Source: Candidatus Poribacteria bacterium (GTDB taxonomy: Bacteria > Poribacteria > WGA-4E > PCPOR2b). Taken from it: DNA of 64,000 nt. The stretch is from assembly GCA_965215015.1 (NCBI GenBank), contig OZ244042.1, positions 96,001 to 160,000 on the forward strand, read 5' to 3'. The first letter of the stretch is position 1. Each line of letters begins with the position of its first letter. Position numbers and translations under genes: made by a program. Under the pieces are notes generated by a model. The model was given only the letters and a program-made list of their open reading frames with translations, did not search any database and was not told where the DNA came from. This document shows positions 1-9,782 of this stretch, one piece after another.

Positions 1-480
1 TCACAGGTTTTAGCTTCCCTCTTTCCGTTACTCGGGGTGCTCCTTATTTTTATGCTTGGATCGCTCATTCTTTCGACGATTGCTGCTGGTATTGGTCTGA
101 TGGTTTTGATACCGGGAATCGTCGTTTACATCTGGTTCTGCCTGGCTGCCCCCGTTGTTATAATTGAAAAAGAAGGTGGATTGGGGGCACTCAAGCGAAG
201 TCGCGTGCTCGTCAAAGGATTTTTTGACAAAGCGTTCCTCCTTGTTGTATGGTTGACACTCGCGGAAGCATTTGTGGTCATCCTTATACTCTCCCTCCCA
301 TTTCTCGTTGGCAGCTTCCCCGGTTTTCCTTCCGTTCTCTCTTTCCTCTCGATCTGTGTTTCACTACTCATTGACGCATTTAGGGTTATATCAACGACAA
401 TATTTTATTACGACCTTCGCATCCGTAAGGAAGGTTATGACCTTCAGGTCTTGGCGCAGGAACTTGCTACTCCACTGTGA
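1..480 (+). CDS. Integral membrane protein, 5'-truncated by the window edge; paralog of 29148..30041
   Basis: The frame is open from base 1. Hydrophobic helices; the motifs ALKRSRxLV and YYDLRIRKEG are shared with the ORF at 29148. Confidence 0.75.
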   Translation, partial: SQVLASLFPLLGVLLIFMLGSLILSTIAAGIGLMVLIPGIVVYIWFCLAAPVVIIEKEGGLGALKRSRVLVKGFFDKAFLLVVWLTLAEAFVVILILSLPFLVGSFPGFPSVLSFLSICVSLLIDAFRVISTTIFYYDLRIRKEGYDLQVLAQELATPL

Positions 481-570
481 AGCATCAAAACCAGTCAGAA
501 TTAAGGGGTTTAGGAATCTGCGTCCTCGGTGCTCAGGCAATCAGCAATCAACTATATGATGGAGGTTCAC

Positions 571-1434
571 ATGAGACTCGGAATTGTCGGCATGTTGCCG
601 GGGAACTTTCGCACATTTACAAAGGAACAGATGGAAGCAATTAGGACACTGGAGTTCACAGGATTCGGATTCCATTTTAGTAGCGACGATGTCTTCGATG
701 TAACAACGGAGGATTGTAAAAAGTACAATCAATTTATGGCGGAGGAAGGGCTCGATCTGGTTCAATTCGCTCTTACCTACAGCGAGTGCCTCTTCGATCC
801 GGATCCGGTTGTTAGGGAGTCAACCATCAAAAGGATTAATCGAGGCGCAGAGATAGCACGGCAGATCAACGCACATAGCTACCTCATCCGTCCCGGAAGC
901 CTGAATCCTGACGGAGCATGGACATCGCACCGGGATAACTACCTGCCTGAGAGTATGAAACGTTTGATCGAGACACTAACGCCAATTGCCCGAAAGGCGG
1001 ATGCAGAAGGAGTGACCATTATTGTCGAAACCCATGCCGTCTCAATAATGGACTCGCCCGAAACATGCAAGGCGGTTGTTGATGCTGTCGGTTTGGATAG
1101 CCTGTGCATCGTTATGGATTTTGTCAACCATTTTCAGACACTTCAGCAGGTTTATAATAGCACCGACCGGTTGAACCATATCTTTGATATAATGGGACCA
1201 ATCGCCCCTGTGGCGCACGTCAAAGACATCAAGGTGGAAAATGGCTTGGTTCTCCATATTAATGAGGAGATGCCCGGCGAAGGCGAGTTAGATCTCGCAC
1301 AGGCACTCAGAAGATTTGACGGGTTCTATCCGGATGGATACGGACTGATTGAGCATCTACCGATGGAAAAAATTCCCCGTGCCAACGCGAATGTGCGCCG
1401 AATCGCTGCGGAAAATGGGATTGATATCCACTGA
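571..1434 (+). CDS. Sugar phosphate isomerase/epimerase (xylose isomerase-like TIM barrel)
   Basis: Metal-binding pattern E-T-H, D-x-x-N, H-V-K-D, G-E-G-E-L-D, I-E-H. RBS GGAGG precedes the ATG at 571. Confidence 0.85.
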   Translation: MRLGIVGMLPGNFRTFTKEQMEAIRTLEFTGFGFHFSSDDVFDVTTEDCKKYNQFMAEEGLDLVQFALTYSECLFDPDPVVRESTIKRINRGAEIARQINAHSYLIRPGSLNPDGAWTSHRDNYLPESMKRLIETLTPIARKADAEGVTIIVETHAVSIMDSPETCKAVVDAVGLDSLCIVMDFVNHFQTLQQVYNSTDRLNHIFDIMGPIAPVAHVKDIKVENGLVLHINEEMPGEGELDLAQALRRFDGFYPDGYGLIEHLPMEKIPRANANVRRIAAENGIDIH

Positions 1435-1542
1435 TATAACTGAGAGGTGCTCATAACGGAAGCCAATCCAAACCAGCAAACTGTAAGCTAACCTTCTCAT
1501 TATTAATTTATTCTTTGCTATTGTGCTGTGTGAGACGATTTT

Positions 1543-3003
1543 TCATTTTACACGTTCGTTTGTACAAGGGAGTGATTTTTCCATACCTATAGGGAGGCCG
1601 ACACGAAGCATCTCGCGGACCCGATCGGGACGATTTCTCACCCAGGTACGTAGAGTTTCGACCTTGGCATCGTAATCGTCGTCCTGTTGTGCACGCTTTA
1701 CTTGCGCGCTGTAGCGATCAATGCTCCCTAGGAGGGCCGCCTCGTCCCACACCTCGTTGAGCAACCTTTTAAGCTCATTTTCCATGCGAGTGGCCATCGC
1801 TGGGATGCGGGACAGACGCCGGGGCAGATCGGCTGTCAGATATTGAACTAGACTAAAATCACCAAGAAATGTTTTGTCAGCCCCCCAGGGTATGAAAACG
1901 GCGCGGCCAGCATCCGTCGGATCAAAATAGACGTAGAAATTATTGCGGTCGGCACCGTAGCCATCAACGTGGCTCACAAATACCTCAAGTGCCCAAAAGG
2001 TAATATAACGATCAATGTTCAGCACATAAGACAGTGCATCGACAAGCTCCTCGTCGGGCTTCTGTAGGGCTTGGGCAACACCTACCAGCGGTGCATAACT
2101 GGTGTCGGTATCGTCGGTTTTACATTCCCAGCGCGGCAACCACGCTTCGACAAAGTCGGTGTGCGTACCCTCATAGAGGGACCCGGCGTCGTCACCGAAA
2201 GCTCGGCGAAGAAAACGCTTCTTGATGGCTTCGACATGCACGTAGGGCCCTTTTGGCTGACCGTTGACTATCACATTTGCCATGTTGGACCGGGGCGCAG
2301 GGTAGCCAGCTGCGGCAAAAACTTCGTAGGTCAGACAGGTTGCCATGCGGGGTATAATTCCACCATTGTTATTGAGCGTGATTCGCTCGGTCTCGCCAAG
2401 GAATTGATCTTTCACGTATTTATCAGTCTTGATTTTCAAAGCTGGCACCGGCGAGTACTGGGAGCCAACAAAGCCCTTCCTACGAATTCCTACCTCTGAT
2501 AGGCTCACACCGTCGACCTCGATATCTGCCTGATACCAGTTATACGCTGAGGGCCAGGGTTGCGAACAATCCGGCCATATTTGCTCGAAGCCATTTCCAG
2601 CACTATCAAAGCGGGTTTCCTTGGCCAACAACTCGAAATCATGTGGATCCATTGTCACTTTAATGCACACCAGATGGTTGGAATCGAATGAGACGCCATC
2701 GGTTGGATCTATGCCATCTAGTACGTTTGGCAAACAGGGTAGACCATTTATTGCTGGTACTTTCCAGTCTGTGTCGTCTTTGCCCTTCCCGGTTTTCGCA
2801 CCTTTCATCTTCCCAGCCGCTTTTTGGTACTTGGCAAATGCTTCTTCTTCGGTCATTTCACCACTGGCGACAGCCACCTTCAATTGGTCACCCAACGCTT
2901 CCATGTCAGCCTCTGCGGCTCCGTCTTGCGCGTGAGTCGCATGGAACGAGGTCAACGCCGTAACTAAGATGAGTATTAGAATTGGTATGACTATGCGTTT
3001 CAT
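1543..3003 (-). CDS. CotH kinase family secreted protein
   Basis: Signal peptide; motifs VGIRRKG, ITLNN, YVHVEAI, GSLYEG, DGY..DRNNFYVY, IPWGAD. Confidence 0.85.
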   Translation of the reverse strand: MKRIVIPILILILVTALTSFHATHAQDGAAEADMEALGDQLKVAVASGEMTEEEAFAKYQKAAGKMKGAKTGKGKDDTDWKVPAINGLPCLPNVLDGIDPTDGVSFDSNHLVCIKVTMDPHDFELLAKETRFDSAGNGFEQIWPDCSQPWPSAYNWYQADIEVDGVSLSEVGIRRKGFVGSQYSPVPALKIKTDKYVKDQFLGETERITLNNNGGIIPRMATCLTYEVFAAAGYPAPRSNMANVIVNGQPKGPYVHVEAIKKRFLRRAFGDDAGSLYEGTHTDFVEAWLPRWECKTDDTDTSYAPLVGVAQALQKPDEELVDALSYVLNIDRYITFWALEVFVSHVDGYGADRNNFYVYFDPTDAGRAVFIPWGADKTFLGDFSLVQYLTADLPRRLSRIPAMATRMENELKRLLNEVWDEAALLGSIDRYSAQVKRAQQDDDYDAKVETLRTWVRNRPDRVREMLRVGLPIGMEKSLPCTNERVK

Positions 3004-3159
3004 AAGCAAATCTCCTTTTTGTTATTCGTGATTGTGATGTTGTCGAGCCCGTTGACAGAATACGGAATCTCCGAAAAAGTAACATATCCAATCGCATTTT
3101 TCCCTACTCTGTGCGGACAATGCTACTTTTACTCGCGCCTTAACGCATCAACAGGAGTT

Positions 3160-3696
3160 ATCCGCGCTGCCGCTGTTTGTTGGCGAAGGGGTGGGCACCA
3201 TGAATTAGATAGCTGGAATGGAAGGCAACGCTGCCAGCTTTGGCGGTGACCGGCGTTGTTCAGCTAACTCTTCACACTCTCGAAGGTCCGCCAAACCTAT
3301 TCCACCGGCACAGCCCCCGTGACAATCGTATATCGACTCTAGCTGTTTGTGTGAACCACGACAGACTAGTATGGCCCCACCGTCCTCATCAATATCGTGC
3401 ACGATAATCCCAGAAAGCAGATAGTTATACCGCAGCAGCGGCTCTTCATCAATCTTACACCCAAGCAGCACACCTGTTTCCTCATCTCGTTTCTCACGGA
3501 ACGCATATTGGTCAACGTTAGAGCGATTATATAGGTTCAAGACTTGGAAATACCATGTGAGTGCCCACTGGCTGTATGGATTTCGTTTCGTAAGCCGAAA
3601 ATCGAGACTGTGGTCAGGGGATAGCCGTTCTGAATATGTCGATCCAAACTGTCCATCACACGCGATGCCACACCCCGGATGCGAAACTAGCGTGTG
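3160..3696 (-). pseudogene. Chimeric remnant: TonB-dependent receptor C-terminal fragment fused in frame to a degenerate partial copy of the adjacent PhyH gene
   Basis: 3434-3696 translates SERLSPDHSLDFRLTK...WYFQVLNLYNRSNV. 3160-3433 duplicates 4000-4274 with substitutions and a 1-bp deletion. Confidence 0.7.
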
Positions 3697-3757
3697 TCAA
3701 CGGTGCTGTCGGTGCACCGGTATGAAAACGCCAATAAACTGTCCATCGACCATCTTG

Positions 3758-4735
3758 TCACACTGCCATGGCATTCCGATAGGGTGCTATATCGATGCCG
3801 GGGTAGGCATTAGCGAGGCGTTGAAGTGCTTCTGCGGTGTAATAGGAATCGCCCGGATTGGGCCAGCCAAGTAAGTGACGGGTACGGGGTGTGGTCTTGG
3901 CTACGAAACTCACAAATTCAGGTGTTGTCCAGCCGGGAACGGGACGCGTGGTGTGGCACCAGTCAGCATTGTCTGCACGGTGGAAGTGAAACCCCATCCA
4001 TCCGCGCTGCCGTTGTTTGTTAGCAAAAGGTTGGGCAGCATGAACGAGATAGCTAGAACGGAAGGCAACACTGCCGGCCTTGGCGGTGACCGGCGTTGGT
4101 TCAGCCAATTCCTCACACTCCCGAAGGTCCGCCAAACCCATTCCACCGGCACAGCCCCCGTGACGCTCATATATTGACGCCAGCTGTTTGTGTGAACCGC
4201 GACAGACCAGCATGGGGGCACCATCTTCATCAATATCGTGCAGGATAATCCCAGAAAGCAGATAGTTATACCGCTCCCAATCGGGGTGTGGGGGCAGTTG
4301 TGAATTAGTGCCGTTGTCGATATGATAGCCCTCCCAAGGGTGCTCGCTGTAGCGAGTATCGGTCAACCCATCTCGGAAGAAAATTTGCCCATAGCCAAGC
4401 CGTATCTCGTTAGTCCCTAGCAACTGACAGGCACAGTCAATATAATCATCATGCTCCAGCAGCTTATCAACCGCCGGCAAGCCGGTGGGAAAATGGACAG
4501 CTCTCCCCATTGGACCCGCCAATCGTTGCATGGGTGAAGTCTGTTCGTAAAGTTGTTGAATCTCCGTTGGACTTTCCTCCCATTTTGCCCGGTATTCGGC
4601 ATAAGTCAGCCCCCCATAGGCATTGCGCTCGACGGCCTCTAACGCTGGAGCAAAACGCTCCGGGGGAAAGACGTTGGGCACAACTATGCTGCCATCGCGC
4701 TTCCAAGTTGCTAGTTGTTCATCGGTTAATTGCAT
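3758..4735 (-). CDS. Phytanoyl-CoA dioxygenase (PhyH) family Fe(II)/2-oxoglutarate dioxygenase
   Basis: N-terminal LTDEQL..WKRDG; HxD (YHID), GSH, AGSV and a distal His (LVHAA). Confidence 0.85.
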   Translation of the reverse strand: MQLTDEQLATWKRDGSIVVPNVFPPERFAPALEAVERNAYGGLTYAEYRAKWEESPTEIQQLYEQTSPMQRLAGPMGRAVHFPTGLPAVDKLLEHDDYIDCACQLLGTNEIRLGYGQIFFRDGLTDTRYSEHPWEGYHIDNGTNSQLPPHPDWERYNYLLSGIILHDIDEDGAPMLVCRGSHKQLASIYERHGGCAGGMGLADLRECEELAEPTPVTAKAGSVAFRSSYLVHAAQPFANKQRQRGWMGFHFHRADNADWCHTTRPVPGWTTPEFVSFVAKTTPRTRHLLGWPNPGDSYYTAEALQRLANAYPGIDIAPYRNAMAV

Positions 4736-4806
4736 AGTGTCCTCCTCGTAATTTGTGCTTTACGTGCTGTGCGAATTAACAAACCTACACAACCTTGTAT
4801 CCGATA

Positions 4807-5868
4807 TCAGGGATGATAGACAATCTGAAAGACCTTAATGTTATTCGCGGCGACATCGCTCACGAAGACGAGATCATTTTTGAAAACCGCGATGCCAACC
4901 GGTTCGACAAGTGATTCATCACCAAATGTCATCACAACCTCCCCATCCTTTGTGAAAACTTGAACCCGCTGATTTCCCCGGTCTGTTACATAAAGATACC
5001 CCCAACGGTCGATGTCGATATGACGCGGGTCGTGAAATTGCCCCGGTGCCTTCCCTTCAGTGCCCCATATCTGGACTAGGTTGCCGCTGAAATCATATTT
5101 CTTAATCCGATGATTGCCGGAATCGACGATGTAGATGTTCCCATGTGCGTCTGCTACAAGATCTGTTGGATCACGAAACTGTCGTCTCGCCCCCCCAAAG
5201 CTCCCCCGCATCAACACGCGAATGCTGTCCGTGTTAAACAGGATAAATCGGTGGTTTCCCGTATCAACGACACAAACCTCCCCGTTTCGTCCGACGCTGA
5301 CCCCACCCGGCAAGTCAAACTCAATTTTAGTATTTACGTTGTTCTCCTCGTGGCTGCCGCCCAATCTACTACCCGCCATAATATAGAAAATGCGATCTAC
5401 CAAGTTGCAGTATTGGATTCGGTGATTATCTGTATCAGCGACATAAAGGAGTTCAGTGCGCTGGAAATTGATGGCAACATCAGTTGGGTTATCGAATTCC
5501 CCTGTCCGCCAGCCGCGCACACCATATTCCGATACGAAGTTGCCTTCACTATCGACAACTTGGACACGGTTGTTTCCCGAATCTGCGACGTAGAGCAACC
5601 CCCGATGGTCAAGGTCGAGACCTGCTGGCTTCAGAAATTGCCCTGCCCCCTGACCGGAACGTCCCAGAGCGTTGATATAGTTCACACCGAGTATGGGGGG
5701 AGCGGGACGATTGTGGATGGAGGGCACAATCTGGGGCGGTGTCATTGTCTTCGTCAGGGAGGATTTCAAATCGGCTTTAGTCTCCCTATCCACCGGCGGA
5801 TTGGGGACAGCGCAACTCAAATAGAGGGGAAGGAACACCAGAGGGAGCAGGAAAGTCCATTTGCTCAT
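4807..5868 (-). CDS. NHL-repeat beta-propeller lipoprotein
   Basis: Lipobox LSC; repeated G.G.GQF..P.G/D...D..G..YVADSGN.R.Q units. Confidence 0.9.
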   Translation of the reverse strand: MSKWTFLLPLVFLPLYLSCAVPNPPVDRETKADLKSSLTKTMTPPQIVPSIHNRPAPPILGVNYINALGRSGQGAGQFLKPAGLDLDHRGLLYVADSGNNRVQVVDSEGNFVSEYGVRGWRTGEFDNPTDVAINFQRTELLYVADTDNHRIQYCNLVDRIFYIMAGSRLGGSHEENNVNTKIEFDLPGGVSVGRNGEVCVVDTGNHRFILFNTDSIRVLMRGSFGGARRQFRDPTDLVADAHGNIYIVDSGNHRIKKYDFSGNLVQIWGTEGKAPGQFHDPRHIDIDRWGYLYVTDRGNQRVQVFTKDGEVVMTFGDESLVEPVGIAVFKNDLVFVSDVAANNIKVFQIVYHP

Positions 5869-6021
5869 TTGTTTAGAGCGTGTGTGAGATATCGGGGAAA
5901 CCTTCGGAAGAGGCACTTAATGTTGGAAATAGTCAGCAAACCAATAACTTAACCCCAAAATCGCGGGTTACTTAGCAGGATTCCATCCAAAGATTAGTAT
6001 TTGGCGACTCTTCACACCCGC

Positions 6022-6639
6022 TTAGCCTCTTTGGACCTCGAACTTAAACACAAACGTAGTTTCTGTGTCGGTAAATTCGCTGTGGACTTTGGGAACAATA
6101 ATCCTTAAATTTGAGGACTTAATACTACGCTTGTGAAAATACAGGAAGAACCGCACCCGACGTTTCGGCATAATAGTCGTTTTTTCTACGTCTTCGCGCG
6201 GCAAAGGCACCAAATCACCCATTGAGCGCAGGACGCGGCTTTCCCGAAAATCTTCTCGGAATTCCGGGGGCATCTTCGGTGTGAAATTCTTTCCGAGATA
6301 AAATGTATGCTGGGACCTATGGATGGGCTTGTAAACCTTACCTGATTGATCAAGCATCGAACAATCATCCTGTCGCACAGAGATCCAATGATCCGTGCTG
6401 TTGAAAACGATAATTCCAAAGGCATCCACCGCTTTGACATCGTTCAAGGGAATTGCCATCGCTGTGATGCCATTTTTGACATACGCGACGGTCCCTGATC
6501 TCGGGAGGATGGTCGCCTCCGGATCGAAAATGGGAACAATACGTTCAGTTTGAAACGCAGTTTGAAGCGTTGCACAACCCAGATTCGCGAGGAATAGTAT
6601 AGCAAGCAATGGTAGGCTCGATAATCTCTTTTTTTTCAT
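6022..6639 (-). CDS. Hypothetical lipoprotein
   Basis: Basic N-terminus, hydrophobic stretch and lipobox LGC; no recognisable domain. Confidence 0.7.
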   Translation of the reverse strand: MKKKRLSSLPLLAILFLANLGCATLQTAFQTERIVPIFDPEATILPRSGTVAYVKNGITAMAIPLNDVKAVDAFGIIVFNSTDHWISVRQDDCSMLDQSGKVYKPIHRSQHTFYLGKNFTPKMPPEFREDFRESRVLRSMGDLVPLPREDVEKTTIMPKRRVRFFLYFHKRSIKSSNLRIIVPKVHSEFTDTETTFVFKFEVQRG

Positions 6640-6692
6640 TTTTCCTATCTGAAACGTGAGGCATGAAATGTAATGCGTCAAACGTAAGAAGC

Positions 6693-7547
6693 TTATTTAA
6701 TAAAAAAAGAAAGTAATTTACCCAGTCTTGTTGGTAGATCCTGACGCTGAACATAGTAATCTATACTTACGTCGGGTTGCACATAGCTAGATGGTGAGGC
6801 TGTCGCTTGAAAAGTTTCTCCAAGCGATGAACGGGGACGTCTGTCAGGTGCATTTCCAGACATACGATTCTGTTCCGCAAGTACAAGGTCGCCCAATGGA
6901 AACTGTGTTAAGAAGCCCGTCCGACGGTCTTGATCCGTGAGAATTGTAATCTGTGGAAGACGGGCTTGAGACAAATTGTCCATTTCAATAGTCAGGTATG
7001 TAATTTCAGCAGACGACAATCCCACCTGTTCCGGTGGATCTGCCCTCCTCCGAGAAAGTGCATCACTTGGATACACAGTGATAAGTGGCAGTTTTTTTTC
7101 TAGTGCAGCACGAATCGCAACCAGCAGTGTTATGAAATGGAGCCTTTGTGGAATAGCGTAAGGGGCAACAACGGCAAGAACGGCCGGACAGCTTGAGATT
7201 GTACCTTCGCCTGCGGCAGTCAACCATTGAGATCCATCTGGGAATCTGTTTTGATAAACTATATCTGTCATGCCAACGGTCTCTAATGATTGCTTGTCAA
7301 TTGAAGCCGGGTGGAGATTAAATATTGCTTCTGAGTCAAATAAATAGCGAAGACGACTATCAGCAGGCATCGGAGAATAGTAATCACAATTTGGACAAGT
7401 ATAGAAGTTGCGTTCTAGTGCCTGCTTGAATACAAGTTCTCCACAGTTTGTACATTTATTCCACAGATCACTATGCCTATTTTTGTTTAGTGCCACAGTG
7501 CTCGCATTCCCTCTTTTGTGCAATGTCATCAGTCCCAATAAAGGCAA
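6693..7547 (-). CDS. AccD-like protein (carboxyltransferase beta-type C4 zinc finger retained, catalytic motifs degenerate)
   Basis: LWNKCTNC-x15-CPNC matches the AccD N-terminus, and the length is AccD-like. The GGSMG, GGARMQEG and PTTGG motifs are absent. Start codon uncertain. Confidence 0.65.
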   Translation of the reverse strand: MPLLGLMTLHKRGNASTVALNKNRHSDLWNKCTNCGELVFKQALERNFYTCPNCDYYSPMPADSRLRYLFDSEAIFNLHPASIDKQSLETVGMTDIVYQNRFPDGSQWLTAAGEGTISSCPAVLAVVAPYAIPQRLHFITLLVAIRAALEKKLPLITVYPSDALSRRRADPPEQVGLSSAEITYLTIEMDNLSQARLPQITILTDQDRRTGFLTQFPLGDLVLAEQNRMSGNAPDRRPRSSLGETFQATASPSSYVQPDVSIDYYVQRQDLPTRLGKLLSFFIK

Positions 7548-7709
7548 CTCGTCTGTAAATCTGATAAGTGATCACACTCATCACTCATCGGGATGGACGA
7601 TGAATCCCCTAGCTACGAACTCGCTTGGGTGATTCACCAGCCCATCACATTAAAAAATATGCCGTAGATGTGTCAATCCATGGCAAACAGTGCTCCCCCC
7701 CAAAGGACG

Positions 7710-8066
7710 TTAGTTGTTGGACTTGTAAAAGCTGGCGATAGCCTCGTCTTCGTCCTCATATCGATCGAAGATAGTGACTAGCTTTGCCATGACAATTAAG
7801 CTCCTGATGTTGCCACCGGGATGCAGTAGAGCAATACGCCCCCCTTTTTTTTGGACGGCCGTATATGAGGCGACGATGATGCCAAGACCAGAGCTATCCA
7901 CCATACGTACATCTGCGAGATTCAGCAGGATTCTAGCGTCCCCTTCTTCAGCAGCATCAAGCTGTTCGTCAATGATATTCTTGAGGGCTAAACTATCGGA
8001 GCCAATAATTCTTCCCTCAATATCTAGAATTGTGATACCTTCTTGTTTACGAATATCTACTGTCAT
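7710..8066 (-). CDS. STAS-domain anti-sigma factor antagonist (RsbV/SpoIIAA-like)
   Basis: Phosphoacceptor motif DSSGLG; 118 aa. Confidence 0.9.
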   Translation of the reverse strand: MTVDIRKQEGITILDIEGRIIGSDSLALKNIIDEQLDAAEEGDARILLNLADVRMVDSSGLGIIVASYTAVQKKGGRIALLHPGGNIRSLIVMAKLVTIFDRYEDEDEAIASFYKSNN

Positions 8067-8149
8067 TTAATGATCTCCTTGAATTTGAAGTGACGGCAGC
8101 CCATGGGGCTGCACTGTTTTTTTAAACCTAATCCAAGTTGCATCAACTC

Positions 8150-8581
8150 TCATTTCTGTTCAGTCAACGATTTATGCTTAACCATTTCCACCATTGTACC
8201 TGATTTTTTATAAATAACGGAATCCATGCACGTTTCCATCAGAAAAATGCCTCTGCCACTACTTTTTAAGAGGTTTGCTGGATCTAACGGGTCCGCAACT
8301 GCCTCCCGCCTGAACCCTTTTCCTTCATCTTGAACGACAACCGTGAATTTGTCAGGTTGGACAATGAACTCAAAATGGGCGCGTTTATTCAAATCTTCTT
8401 TATTTCCATGCTTAATTGCATTTGTACCGGCTTCGATGACAGCTAAACTTACCTGCTCAGTGGTTTCCTCATCAAATTCCATCTCTTTGAGGATTTCAAG
8501 GACGATTGTATCTAACAGATAAACGTGTTGTATTGAGCTCGGAAGATCAAGACGAATAACTTGATCGGTTGTCGGTACCAC
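8150..8581 (-). CDS. Anti-sigma factor / Ser kinase (RsbW/SpoIIAB-like HATPase)
   Basis: Motifs EAGTNAIKHG, DEGKG, SGRGIFLM. Confidence 0.9.
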   Translation of the reverse strand: MVPTTDQVIRLDLPSSIQHVYLLDTIVLEILKEMEFDEETTEQVSLAVIEAGTNAIKHGNKEDLNKRAHFEFIVQPDKFTVVVQDEGKGFRREAVADPLDPANLLKSSGRGIFLMETCMDSVIYKKSGTMVEMVKHKSLTEQK

Positions 8582-8585
8582 GCAG

Positions 8586-9767
8586 CTACTCCTTTCCGTC
8601 TTTTACTCTTATAACGACAATGGTGACATCATCGTCCCGATGATTGGTGCCGCTAAAGTCAAGGAGCGCAGTCTCAATGGTTTGGCAAAATGTTTCAGCG
8701 GATTGGCCACTGTTTGATTGAAAGATCACAGCAAGTCTTTCTTCACCGTAAAGGGTTTCATCGGACTTCCGCTCGGCTTCGGTGACTCCGTCTGTATAGA
8801 GAAGGAGTCCATCACCCGGGGCAAGGGAAATTGTTTCTGATTCAAAGGCCGCATAATCGAAGGTCCCTAATATCATCCCTCCTACTTTGAGTTCGTCCAC
8901 CTCTGTCCCCCCATTTTTCAGATGCAGCGGATAACAGTGTCCTGCGCTTGAATAGGTAAAGGTCATCGCTGCCGAATCTAAAATCCCATAGACCATTGTT
9001 GCAAACAGATCCGGATCTGTGTCAATTGCTAGAAGGTCATTGATTCGCTTGAGGGCAGCTGCAGGCGAAGTCTCTTCACGGCAAATCAGCCGGAGAGTTG
9101 TCCGAATCATGACCATCAGCAAAGCAGCAGGAATCCCTTTTCCGCGAACATCAGCGATTGCTATGCCGAGACGATTGTCGTCTAACGGAATGAAGTCGTA
9201 AAAATCACCGGACACTGTCATTGAGCTTCGCAGGAAGCCAGCGATATCAAATTCGGGCAGATCCGGGGCTTTTTGGGGTATCAGATTCTGCTGTATCACC
9301 GCGGCGGTTTCAAGATGCGAGGCGAGTTGTTCAACGCCCTCTTCAGTAAACCAGTCGCCCATCGTGCTAATAAGTGGATTGATATATTTGGTCGGGAGGG
9401 TGCGTCCAAGTACGGCTTCAATTCGTGCTGTCAACTCATCAAGGTCAAAAGGTTTTGTAACATAGTCATCTGCCCCCGCATTTAGTCCCTGAACCCTCTC
9501 ATGCGTCTGCGCTCGCGCTGTGAGCATGATGACAGGAATGGCACGGGTTTGAGCCTCCGCTCGCAATTTATCTATTACCTCAAACCCATCCATCACCGGC
9601 ATCATCAGATCGAGGAGGATGAGATCCGGTGAATAGGCTTTGGCTTTTTCTAACGCACCCATTCCATCGTTTGCCGTGATAACATCGAATCCCTCGGCAG
9701 TCAGACTCATCTGAATCAGCTCAAGAATATCGATATCATCATCTACAGCGAGGATTGTCTCAGCCAT
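8586..9767 (-). CDS. Response-regulator receiver fused to a SpoIIE/PP2C phosphatase
   Basis: REC motifs (VDDD, LLDLMMP, KPF) plus PP2C motifs SGDFYD, ADVRGKG, YTDGVTE, DDVT. Confidence 0.9.
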   Translation of the reverse strand: MAETILAVDDDIDILELIQMSLTAEGFDVITANDGMGALEKAKAYSPDLILLDLMMPVMDGFEVIDKLRAEAQTRAIPVIMLTARAQTHERVQGLNAGADDYVTKPFDLDELTARIEAVLGRTLPTKYINPLISTMGDWFTEEGVEQLASHLETAAVIQQNLIPQKAPDLPEFDIAGFLRSSMTVSGDFYDFIPLDDNRLGIAIADVRGKGIPAALLMVMIRTTLRLICREETSPAAALKRINDLLAIDTDPDLFATMVYGILDSAAMTFTYSSAGHCYPLHLKNGGTEVDELKVGGMILGTFDYAAFESETISLAPGDGLLLYTDGVTEAERKSDETLYGEERLAVIFQSNSGQSAETFCQTIETALLDFSGTNHRDDDVTIVVIRVKDGKE

Positions 9768-9782
9768 TATTTCAACGCTCCC

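Noticed and set aside
5110-5952. Long antisense ORFs (5110..5952, 57829..58575, 47380..47781 and similar)
   Set aside because: They are shadows of well-supported genes or remnants on the opposite strand, with no recognisable motifs.
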